In this document: one piece after another, positions 48,176 through 57,459 of the stretch | Layout: every line of letters starts with the position of its first letter | Numbering within the stretch: position 1 is the first letter of the stretch | Assembly: GCA_963674965.2 (NCBI GenBank) | Contig: CAXXFL010000003.1 | Location: forward strand, 352,001 to 416,000 | Length of the DNA: 64,000 bases | From: a bacterium | GTDB lineage: Bacteria; RBG-13-61-14; DATKZS01 | Reading direction: 5' to 3' | Position numbers and translations under genes: made by a program | The notes under the pieces: generated by a model | Seen by the model: the letters and a program-made list of their open reading frames with translations, nothing else | Databases searched by the model: none | Told to the model about the DNA's origin: nothing

Positions 48176-49243
48176 ATGCCCGACATAACCGACCGGACCA
48201 AGAAAGTAAGGGAAGGAGAGGAACTGGACCTCGCGGCCGTGGAGAAGTTCCTCACCGACAACGTGCCCGGGCTGTCGGGAAAGCTCGAGATCGAGCAGTT
48301 TCCCTCCGGCCATTCCAACCTGACCTATCTGGCCCGCATGGGGGAAAGGGACATGGTGCTCCGCCGTCCTCCCTTCGGCTCGAAGGTGAAGACGGCCCAC
48401 GACATGGGCCGCGAGTACAAGGTCCTCTCGGCCCTGCACCCCGTTTATTCCTGCGCTCCCCGGCCCCTGGCCTTTTGTGAGGACGAGTCGATTATCGGGT
48501 CCAGGTTCTACGTGATGGAAAGGATCAAGGGGGTGATACTCAGAAAGGAGCTTCCCAAGGGCCTGGACTTCACACCCGAGATAGCCGGCAGGCTCTCGGA
48601 GTCCTTCATCAAGAACCTCGCCGTCATGCACGCCATCGACTACGAGGCCGCCGGCCTGGGCGACCTGGGCAAGCCCGAGGGATACCTTAACCGCCAGGTG
48701 GAGGGATGGGCCAAAAGGTACGCGGGATCCCAGACGGACGAGATCAAGGAGATAGACGACACCGTGGACTGGCTGCGCGAGCGCCTGCCCGCCTCTCCCG
48801 CGCCCACCCTGGTGCATAACGACTACAAGTACGACAACATCATCCTCGACGCGAACGACGTAACCCGGATCATCGGGGTCCTCGACTGGGAGATGTCCAC
48901 CATCGGCGACCCCCTCACCGATCTGGGCGCCGCCCTGGGCTACTGGGTCCAGGACGACGACCCGCCCATGCACAAGATGAACGCCTTCGGACCCACCTAC
49001 GCCAAGGGCTCCTATACAAGACGCCAACTGGCGGACAGGTACGCCGAGCTGACCGGACGCGACGTGTCCAACGTCCACTACTACGTGGTCTTCGCCTCCT
49101 TCAAGCTCCTGGTCATCATCCAGCAGATATACTATCGGTACCACCAGGGTCTCACCCAGGACGAAAGGTTCGCCGGACTCGTCAACCTGGTCAAGCTCCT
49201 CGCCCAAACCGGGGTCGAGCTGATCGAAAGGAACGAGATATAA
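48176..49243 (+). CDS. APH-like phosphotransferase (ACAD10/11 kinase-domain-like)
   Basis: QFPSGHSNLTY, VLRRPP, AHDMGRE, FYVMER, LVHNDYKYDN, LDWEMSTIGDP. Confidence 0.9.
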   Translation: MPDITDRTKKVREGEELDLAAVEKFLTDNVPGLSGKLEIEQFPSGHSNLTYLARMGERDMVLRRPPFGSKVKTAHDMGREYKVLSALHPVYSCAPRPLAFCEDESIIGSRFYVMERIKGVILRKELPKGLDFTPEIAGRLSESFIKNLAVMHAIDYEAAGLGDLGKPEGYLNRQVEGWAKRYAGSQTDEIKEIDDTVDWLRERLPASPAPTLVHNDYKYDNIILDANDVTRIIGVLDWEMSTIGDPLTDLGAALGYWVQDDDPPMHKMNAFGPTYAKGSYTRRQLADRYAELTGRDVSNVHYYVVFASFKLLVIIQQIYYRYHQGLTQDERFAGLVNLVKLLAQTGVELIERNEI

Positions 49244-49443
49244 TCTATATGCAACTTCTTATATGTTGGCACAAAGAGGTGACAGAAATTATTTGACGGC
49301 GAAGGTAGCAAGAATGGACGTGATAGAAGATATTAGAAATAATCCATTATTAAGTGAAGTCCATTCTCGTCAAAGAAAGAAGTTGAAAGTTTTTTTCAAG
49401 GATCTTGCCGGTTGCCCACATGAGCATTACCTCGCTCTAAATA

Positions 49444-51207
49444 GTTCCAGTTGCGTAACTAGAAAAAGCCAATAAAAACAATGTGCTGTAAGCATTTTTC
49501 GCTTCCCTTTTTGGTCTTGATATGATACAATAACTCCTTGAAAAATCAAGGATTGACTTGCCGGGATGCTGTGAAGGGGGCGAAAAATGCGACCGAAAAT
49601 TAAAATGCAAATGACCATTGAAGACCACGAATTTTTGAAAGCGGGCCATCTTTTCAAACAAGACACTGAGCTTGAGAAGATGAGCATAGCGCTCGACGAG
49701 GCCAAGGAAATTCTGGAAGCTGTTGCCGATGATCTCCAAAGCGGACTCAAGGAGACCGGCGCCGAGGGGATGAGCGTCGAGCAGGTCCTTAGGAGCGCGG
49801 TCATCTATCAACTCAAGTGTTATTCCTACCGGGAACTCGGCGACCGCCTCGGTTCCGATTACAATTTCCGCAAGTTCACCAGGTTCTTCGGGCGGGACAT
49901 TCCCCATTTCAGCAGCCTGGAGCGGGCGATAAAACGCATCCGCCCCGAGACCTGGGAGCGGATCAACGAAATGCTCGTGGCCCTGGCCATTAAAAAAAAA
50001 GTAGAAGACGGCGAGGCGGTCCGCGCTGACACCGCGGTGGCCGAGGCCAACATCCACTATCCGACCGACGCTTCGCTTCTTTTTGACAGCATCCGTGTAT
50101 TGGACCGGTTGATGAAAGGAGCGCGGAAGGAGCTGCCGGGTCTCGGGTTCGAATATCATGACCGGACTCGGCGGGCCAAGAAGCGCGCTTACCAGATCGC
50201 CATGGGCAAAGGCAAAGGGATCGAGAAGAAACGGGCGGTCTGGTACCGGGACCTTCTCAAGGTTTCGGCGGAAATCTTGGCCATGGCCCGCTCGGCGCGG
50301 GAGGCGCTGGACGAGGCCCTTAAAGGCGGAGAGCTTTATTTCAGCGATGCGGGCCTGGCAACCATGATCAAGAGCGAACTCGATCATTACCTGCCGCTTT
50401 CTGAGCAGTGCGTCGAGCAGTGCGAGCGGCGGGTTATAAAAGGCGAGAAGGTTCCCGCGCAAGAGAAGGTGGTTTCCGTTTTCGAGCCGCACGTTGATAT
50501 CATCCGGAGAGGCAAGACCATGAGCCCGACCGAGTTCGGTCACAAGGTGATGGCGGCGACGGGAAGGTCGGGGATTGTGCTTCAATATAAAGTGTGCGAG
50601 GGCAACCCTTCCGACGCCGACCTTTTCGAGGACATTTTGCAAAAACACGTCCGCCTGTTCGGCAAGGCTCCACGCGAGTTTACCGGCGACCGCCGCTTCT
50701 ATCATGAGGACAATGAGAAGCTTGCGACCGAAGGTCCTTATTATATCGAGCGCCTGGCCATTCCCAAGCCCGGCAAAAGGAGTTCGGAGCGGATCGAGCA
50801 CGAGCGTCAGCGCTGGTTCAAGAAGCTTCTTCGCTTCCGGGCCGGGATCGAGGGCGGCCTTTCCGCCCTTCTTCGCGGCTTCGGTCTGAGCCGATGCCTG
50901 TGGAGAGGTTTCGAGAGCTTCAAGTCCTGGGTGGGTCTTTCGTTCTTTGCCTGGAACCTTCGAAAACTCGCGCTGCTGACTTAGCCGCCGCCGGGCGCGC
51001 CCCTGTGGGGGCAATGAAAAACGGAAATGAAAAACAGCAAAAGGAGAGGTGTTTTTTGAAAGGATAGAAAAGGGCCGGCTCAGGCATTCAACTCGCCTGA
51101 AAGCGTTAAAATCTTTTCCGTCCTTTATAGACGCCCTGAAAATCTGCATGTCCATATCCTCTCCGCACCGCATAATGAAAGCCATTAAGCAGTTGTGCAA
51201 CAGAAAC
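49444..51207 (+). mobile_element. Insertion sequence (IS5/ISNCY-type), copy 1, intact, 1764 bp
   Basis: Imperfect terminal inverted repeats GTTCCAGTTGCGTAAC / GTTGTGCAACAGAAAC; flanking TAAATA direct repeats (49438-49443, 51208-51213). Confidence 0.9.
49587..50984 (+). CDS. DDE transposase (IS5/ISNCY-type)
   Basis: RADTAVAEANIHYPTD, TEFGHKV, GDRRF, RAGIEGGLS motifs. Confidence 0.9.
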   Translation: MRPKIKMQMTIEDHEFLKAGHLFKQDTELEKMSIALDEAKEILEAVADDLQSGLKETGAEGMSVEQVLRSAVIYQLKCYSYRELGDRLGSDYNFRKFTRFFGRDIPHFSSLERAIKRIRPETWERINEMLVALAIKKKVEDGEAVRADTAVAEANIHYPTDASLLFDSIRVLDRLMKGARKELPGLGFEYHDRTRRAKKRAYQIAMGKGKGIEKKRAVWYRDLLKVSAEILAMARSAREALDEALKGGELYFSDAGLATMIKSELDHYLPLSEQCVEQCERRVIKGEKVPAQEKVVSVFEPHVDIIRRGKTMSPTEFGHKVMAATGRSGIVLQYKVCEGNPSDADLFEDILQKHVRLFGKAPREFTGDRRFYHEDNEKLATEGPYYIERLAIPKPGKRSSERIEHERQRWFKKLLRFRAGIEGGLSALLRGFGLSRCLWRGFESFKSWVGLSFFAWNLRKLALLT

Positions 51208-52503
51208 TAAATAAATATATAGAACACAGGCCTGAATGCTTTTACTCAGAAGATATTTTTCACAAATTTCTATACTGGCTAAATAAAAGAGATAATAATT
51301 CACGAGGGCCTCTACAAGAGTATTTTAAAGAGTTCTCTACAGAATTAAATCAGGCATTCCATCACTTAAATGAGGTAAATCGATATGACTGGCATGATGG
51401 CGTCTTGAAATTAGATGAATATGAAAAAATCCGATTTATCGATCAAAAAATACACCCCGCATACCTCCGACTAGTAGAAGCGGTTCTTGCTCCTTTCCTT
51501 CATGTAGTGGCACATTTTTATAGATTTGATCGTGGGAAAGGCACACAAGGATTGGACTTATACAATATTATGGATAACGTGAAAAAAACCGAAATTTCTG
51601 ATGCCGCAGCGCCCTATCTTCATAAAGTTCGGAATGGAATAGGCCACGGGAAGATAACTTACTTACAGAATGAAATACTCTATAAAGATAGAAAAGGAAA
51701 TAGTGAGAAATATAATGATTCAGAAATAATCAGAACATTTGATAACCTTCTTGATACATGTAATTCCATCGCGTTGGCATTATGGATATTTTTTCTTTCA
51801 AAACAATCAGATTGCTATGCTTTGCCGCGACAATTGCTACTGGAAGAGCTTAGGCAGGAAACTAAAACACCGTGGTGGGAGGTCGTTGGTTGCATACCTT
51901 CCGAAAAATCTAGGCAACATCAATTAAATGTATATGTGAAAAACAAAACGCGAGATTATGATAAAGTTCGATATAGTGCCTTTCAAACGGGACTTTTGGC
52001 TGAACTGTTCTCATCTGGTTATGAAAGATACTTTATTTCTATTCTTTCTGATTATTCCTTGCCCGGCTGGGCTGCTTTCAATGGTGACAAGCTGAAGGAA
52101 TTAAGGCTTCATGAAAATACGCGTTTTGAAGACTACAAATGTGTTTTAGAGAATAATGACGTCTATTTTTACCCTCGTGTGAAGGCACCAAAACTGTTTC
52201 ACCATTTAAATAGTTCCAGTTGCGTAACTAGAAAAAGCCAATAAAAACAATGTGCTGTAAGCATTTTTCGCTTCCCTTTTTGGTCTTGATATGATACAAT
52301 AACTCCTTGAAAAATCAAGGATTGACTTGCCGGGATGCTGTGAAGGGGGCGAAAAATGCGACCGAAAATTAAAATGCAAATGACCATTGAAGACCACGAA
52401 TTTTTGAAAGCGGGCCATCTTTTCAAACAAGACACTGAGCTTGAGAAGATGAGCATAGCGCTCCGGAATGTGTCAAGCAAAATGAGACACGCCTTTCCTG
52501 AAT

Positions 52504-53520
52504 TTAGTGTGGCAAACTGTTTATTTCCTCCGGTTTCGCCGGTGGGTTGATCCACGCTTTGCCGGGCAACTCCGGCGCCGTCGGCGGTCTTTTCACGAAG
52601 CGCTCCGGTTTTTTTTCATAGGCGTGGTCGAGCGTTTTTTGCCTGGCGGCCACGATCTCGCTCGCCATTCCGTAATGGACCATCTCGGGCGTCATCAGGC
52701 CGATCCCGGTGTGCCGATGCTCGCGGTTGTACCAATCGAAAAACTTCACGCAAAAGGCCCTGGCGTCCTCGATGGAGCCGAACCGGCTCGGGAACTCGGG
52801 CCGGTACTTCATGGTCTTGAACTGGCTTTCCGAGTAGGGGTTGTCGTCGGACACGTGGGGCCGCGAGTGGCTCTTGGTCACGCCCAGGTCGGCCATCAAG
52901 AAGGCCACCGGCTTTGATTTCATCGAACTCCCCCGGTCGGCGTGGATGGTGAGTTGTCCCGGCTCGATCCCCTGTTTTCGGATGCTGTCCCCGATCAGGC
53001 GGCGGGCCAGCTCCGCGCTCTCGCGTCCGGCGATCATCCATCCCACCACGCAGCGGCTGAAGATGTCCATGATCACGTAGAGTTGGTAGCAGGTCCATTT
53101 GGCCGGTCCCTTGAGCTTGGTGACGTCCCAGGACCAGACCTGGTTGGGGGCCTCGGCCAGCAACTCGGGTTTTTTGTATCGGGGACGCCGAAGCTGGTTG
53201 CGCCGCTCCCTGACTTCCTTTTCCGAGTCGAGGACGCGGTACATGGTGCGGACCGAGCACAGCCATGTCCCCTCGTCCAGGAGCGTTGCCCAGACCTCGC
53301 GGGGGGCCTTGTCGGCAAAGCGCTCGGAGTGGAGTCCGTCCAGCACCCGGCGCCGCTCGTCCTCGCTCAACGACCTTGCCGGCTTGGCCGCGCGCCTCGG
53401 CGGCGGAGGCCCGAAGGGAATTTTAGCGCGACGATTAAACGTTGCTCGCGACAGGCCCAGGGCCTCGCAGGCGGCCTTGGCGCCGACCCGGGGAGCGGCC
53501 GTGCTTGCCGATTCCATCAT
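52504..53520 (-). CDS. IS3 transposase OrfB (integrase core)
   Basis: PNQVWSWD, DIFSR, HADRG, DNPYSESQFKTMK, WYNREHRH. Confidence 0.9.
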   Translation of the reverse strand: MMESASTAAPRVGAKAACEALGLSRATFNRRAKIPFGPPPPRRAAKPARSLSEDERRRVLDGLHSERFADKAPREVWATLLDEGTWLCSVRTMYRVLDSEKEVRERRNQLRRPRYKKPELLAEAPNQVWSWDVTKLKGPAKWTCYQLYVIMDIFSRCVVGWMIAGRESAELARRLIGDSIRKQGIEPGQLTIHADRGSSMKSKPVAFLMADLGVTKSHSRPHVSDDNPYSESQFKTMKYRPEFPSRFGSIEDARAFCVKFFDWYNREHRHTGIGLMTPEMVHYGMASEIVAARQKTLDHAYEKKPERFVKRPPTAPELPGKAWINPPAKPEEINSLPH

Positions 53521-54056
53521 TCGCTCTCTTCGCCGGGCGGCTTGGCCAGGGGTATCCCCAGCAGATCGGCAACTTTTTTTTGGAAGTCGATTATCATCTC
53601 GGCCTGTTCGAGCCGCTTTTGGAGCTTCCCGTTCTCGCGCTCGAGGCGGGCCACTTCATCGGCCAGCGGGTTTTTGGCCTTGGGCTTGCGGCCCCGCTTT
53701 ACGGGCGAAAGCGCTTTCAAGGCCCCCTCGTCCCGCTGCTTGCGCCAGGCCGTCAGGTGCGACGAATAAAGGCCCTCCCGGCGCAGCAGGGCGCCGACCT
53801 CGCCATGCCCCGAGCAGGCGTCGGCCTTCCCGAGGATTGCGAGCTTGTAAGCCGCGGTGAAGCGCCGCCGGGCGGGCTTTTCCGGGACCTCCGGCTCGGG
53901 AAGAATGATCGGCGCCCCCACCCGCTCGGGCCGCTTGGCAGGAGTGTCCTCCGGCTCGGCCGTCCCGGTTGGGGAGACTCCGGTCGCCCTACGGGCTCCC
54001 TCCGTCTCCCCAACAATCCCTGCCTTCTTCCTGTCTTCATCCATCTCTCTATACAT
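53517..54056 (-). CDS. IS3 transposase OrfA (HTH + leucine zipper); start uncertain
   Basis: RRRFTAAYKLAIL, LRREGLYSSHLTAWRKQ, EVARLERENGKL...FQKKV. Confidence 0.85.
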   Translation of the reverse strand: MYREMDEDRKKAGIVGETEGARRATGVSPTGTAEPEDTPAKRPERVGAPIILPEPEVPEKPARRRFTAAYKLAILGKADACSGHGEVGALLRREGLYSSHLTAWRKQRDEGALKALSPVKRGRKPKAKNPLADEVARLERENGKLQKRLEQAEMIIDFQKKVADLLGIPLAKPPGEESE

Positions 54057-56240
54057 CCTAATACCTCCCCCGCCCTACAGTAATTTAACATAGGGGAAGT
54101 GTCTCATCTACGTTGGCACAGAGGGCTCGACGAGGCCAAGGAAATTCTGGAAGCTGTTGCCGATGATCTCCAAAGCGGACTCAAGGAGACCGGCGCCGAG
54201 GGGATGAGCGTCGAGCAGGTCCTTAGGAGCGCGGTCATCTATCAACTCAAGTGTTATTCCTACCGGGAACTCGGCGACCGCCTCGGTTCCGATTACAATT
54301 TCCGCAAGTTCACCAGGTTCTTCGGGCGGGACATTCCCCATTTCAGCAGCCTGGAGCGGGCGATAAAACGCATCCGCCCCGAGACCTGGGAGCGGATCAA
54401 CGAAATGCTCGTGGCCCTGGCCATTAAAAAAAAAGTAGAAGACGGCGAGGCGGTCCGCGCTGACACCGCGGTGGCCGAGGCCAACATCCACTATCCGACC
54501 GACGCTTCGCTTCTTTTTGACAGCATCCGTGTATTGGACCGGTTGATGAAAGGAGCGCGGAAGGAGCTGCCGGGTCTCGGGTTCGAATATCATGACCGGA
54601 CTCGGCGGGCCAAGAAGCGCGCTTACCAGATCGCCATGGGCAAAGGCAAAGGGATCGAGAAGAAACGGGCGGTCTGGTACCGGGACCTTCTCAAGGTTTC
54701 GGCGGAAATCTTGGCCATGGCCCGCTCGGCGCGGGAGGCGCTGGACGAGGCCCTTAAAGGCGGAGAGCTTTATTTCAGCGATGCGGGCCTGGCAACCATG
54801 ATCAAGAGCGAACTCGATCATTACCTGCCGCTTTCTGAGCAGTGCGTCGAGCAGTGCGAGCGGCGGGTTATAAAAGGCGAGAAGGTTCCCGCGCAAGAGA
54901 AGGTGGTTTCCGTTTTCGAGCCGCACGTTGATATCATCCGGAGAGGCAAGACCATGAGCCCGACCGAGTTCGGTCACAAGGTGATGGCGGCGACGGGAAG
55001 GTCGGGGATTGTGCTTCAATATAAAGTGTGCGAGGGCAACCCTTCCGACGCCGACCTTTTCGAGGACATTTTGCAAAAACACGTCCGCCTGTTCGGCAAG
55101 GCTCCACGCGAGTTTACCGGCGACCGCCGCTTCTATCATGAGGACAATGAGAAGCTTGCGACCGAAGGTCCTTATTATATCGAGCGCCTGGCCATTCCCA
55201 AGCCCGGCAAAAGGAGTTCGGAGCGGATCGAGCACGAGCGTCAGCGCTGGTTCAAGAAGCTTCTTCGCTTCCGGGCCGGGATCGAGGGCGGCCTTTCCGC
55301 CCTTCTTCGCGGCTTCGGTCTGAGCCGATGCCTGTGGAGAGGTTTCGAGAGCTTCAAGTCCTGGGTGGGTCTTTCGTTCTTTGCCTGGAACCTTCGAAAA
55401 CTCGCGCTGCTGACTTAGCCGCCGCCGGGCGCGCCCCTGTGGGGGCAATGAAAAACGGAAATGAAAAACAGCAAAAGGAGAGGTGTTTTTTGAAAGGATA
55501 GAAAAGGGCCGGCTCAGGCATTCAACTCGCCTGAAAGCGTTAAAATCTTTTCCGTCCTTTATGGACGCCCTGAAAATCTGCATGTCCATATCCTCTCCGC
55601 ACCGCATAATGAAAGCCATTAAGCAGTTGTGCAACAGAAACTAAATAATAGGTATATGGCATTTAGACTGTTCTTGCCAATCGCGAGAGAAGATTTCAAG
55701 ACTCAACTTAATCTTCCCAATATCTATGTCCGAAATTCCGTAATTCACCGCAATGGTTGGCGTTGCGTACTAAATGCAAGTGTATTTTACAACGGCCCAG
55801 ATGACCAAGAAGCAATAAGAAACTCGTGTAGAAGAATCATTCATCAGCCCCTTTTGAACGCGAGATGCCGTTTATCTATTACAGATATATCTCGATATCT
55901 TCCCCTAGGCTATGCTCGCGTGGCGGTATTTCGGAAAAATTATAGAAGACGCCGATTATTATGCTTTGGTCTTGGTGACGATTTGATTTGTACTGTACAG
56001 GTAAAAAATATCTCACGCATTTCCAGCCCAGATATTATTGGATCAACAATCGAAAAATATGGAAAGTATAGAATCGCATGGAACCGGGCTTGGTTACAAA
56101 ATAAGGAAACAGAAGTCTCAGGATCGTGAAAATATCGAGATAAAAGATATAAGTTTAAAGGCACAAAACCCGACTCTGACTGAACATTAAGGGAGAACGC
56201 CTAAAGCTAAATGAACTATATATCTATCTCTTTTATATGA

Positions 56241-57458
56241 TCAGGATTCCCCTCTCCTGTACTTCTTCTGGGCCTCCTTCATGGTCTTGGAGAGTTCCTC
56301 GATGTCCACGGGTTTTTGCAGGTAGGCGAAGGCGCCCAGGTCGAGGGCGGTCTCGCGGTCCTTTTCCGAGCCGTGGCCGGTAAGCACGATGACCTCGATG
56401 TGGGGCTTGTCCTTTTTCAGGCGGCGCAGGACCTCCATGCCGTTGATGCCGGGCATGTTGAGGTCGAGGACGATAACGTCCGGCTCGTCGTCCTCGACCA
56501 GGTCCAGGGCCTGCTGGCCGTCGTAGACCACGGTCGAGCCCACGTCGCGGAGCTGGAGGCGCTCGGAGAGGGTCTGCACGAACTCCCGTTCGTCGTCCAC
56601 CAGGAGGACCTTGCTGGGGACCTCGGGCTCGAAGCGGCGGTAGATGTCGGCCTTGTAAAAGCCGGGACCGACCTTGGTCTCGACCGACTCGACGCCCGAA
56701 ACGCCGCCCGCTATCTTTTTCAGTTCATCCTCCAGGCGGGCCAGCATGAGGGTGTTCTTGTTGATGGTCAGGACCGTGGCGCCCTTGTCGGCGGCCACCA
56801 TCACGTTGTGCCCCGCGTTCACCAGGGCCTCCTCCACCTTGGCCATCAGCTTGAAGTCGGCCGCGGCCGCCCGGGCCGTGTCGTTATAGGCCAGGGCCGA
56901 AGACCCCGCGCTCGAGAGTATCAGCTCGACCGCCTTCTCCACCGAGGTCTTGTCCGTGGGAATAAGAACGTCGTAGAGATCCGCGTCCCAGGGCTCCTTG
57001 CCGAAAAGATAATCCGTCCACAGCCCCTTGCTCTCGTCGTCCTTGTGGATGAGCCTGGTGGCCTCCTTTTGCGAGAGCCCGGCCGCCTCGGCCGCCGTCT
57101 TGCAGCGGTGGTTGAACTCCGCTATAACGCACACGCCGAGGGCGTGAGTCACGCTCCTCGGGACCAGGTGGGAGCAATAGCCGCTGACCACTATCCCGTC
57201 GCCGTCGGCCAGGTCGGCCATGACCATCCGCAGGTGGCTCACGAATCGTTCCTTCTCGTGCGTGTACTTGTTCCACACCGAGGGGGACTGGGTCATGGCG
57301 CGCAGGAGCTTCTTTTCCGCCACTCCGTAGCGCTCGCTCGCCTTCTTCACGATCTCGGCGTCGTCCAGCGCGACCTTGTAGCCCAGCTTCTCGGCCGCCA
57401 GGTCGCGGACCTTTCTACCGTTGCAGTGAATCCCGTGGAATATCTTCAGTATGGCCAT
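56241..57458 (-). CDS. Cytidylate-kinase-like domain fused to a response regulator receiver
   Basis: Start ATG 57458; LAAEKLGY...LYDVLI CMK-like region; VLLVDDE, DLNMP, TGHG, KP receiver. Confidence 0.8.
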   Translation of the reverse strand: MAILKIFHGIHCNGRKVRDLAAEKLGYKVALDDAEIVKKASERYGVAEKKLLRAMTQSPSVWNKYTHEKERFVSHLRMVMADLADGDGIVVSGYCSHLVPRSVTHALGVCVIAEFNHRCKTAAEAAGLSQKEATRLIHKDDESKGLWTDYLFGKEPWDADLYDVLIPTDKTSVEKAVELILSSAGSSALAYNDTARAAAADFKLMAKVEEALVNAGHNVMVAADKGATVLTINKNTLMLARLEDELKKIAGGVSGVESVETKVGPGFYKADIYRRFEPEVPSKVLLVDDEREFVQTLSERLQLRDVGSTVVYDGQQALDLVEDDEPDVIVLDLNMPGINGMEVLRRLKKDKPHIEVIVLTGHGSEKDRETALDLGAFAYLQKPVDIEELSKTMKEAQKKYRRGES

Positions 57459-57459
57459 T

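Larger units (their letters stand above)
52464..54125 (-). mobile_element. IS3-family insertion sequence nested in IS copy 2
   Basis: Inverted repeats TGTGTCAAGCAAAATGAGACAC / GTGTCTCATCTACGTTGGCACA; target duplication CTC (or GCTC) defined by comparison with copy 1. Confidence 0.9.
52356..55418 (+). pseudogene. Disrupted transposase of IS copy 2
   Basis: MRPKIK...MSIAL at 52356, resuming as DEAKEIL after 54128. Confidence 0.9.
52213..55641 (+). mobile_element. Insertion sequence (IS5/ISNCY-type), copy 2, interrupted by an IS3 element
   Basis: Same ends as copy 1; TAAATA repeats at 52207-52212 and 55642-55647; one substitution noticed (A51129 vs G55563). Confidence 0.9.
49263..56129 (+). 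pseudogene. AT-rich hypothetical gene (553 aa from ATG 49263, 536 aa from ATG 49314) split in three by two IS insertions; HEPN-like motifs
   Basis: Joining 49263-49443 + 51214-52212 + 55648-56129 gives one open frame (..YLALN-KYIEH..; ..FHHLN-NRYMAF..); RNGIGH and RNSVIH motifs. Confidence 0.85.

Noticed and set aside
48176-49243. Aminoglycoside resistance gene
   Set aside because: Motifs and context (ACAD, ETF, TetR) fit the metabolic ACAD10/11-type kinase subfamily
49265-49279. GTTGGCACAAAGAGG resembling the IS3 right end
   Set aside because: Only a 9-bp exact match without the inner TGAGACAC part of the repeat; likely chance
49444-55641. Composite transposon that imported the 1-kb middle segment
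   Set aside because: The middle segment is in frame with both outer flanks, so independent insertions into one gene explain it better
49263-56129. Cas13 call for the two-RxxxxH protein
   Set aside because: Shorter than known Cas13 proteins, no CRISPR array nearby, and the second motif is unverified
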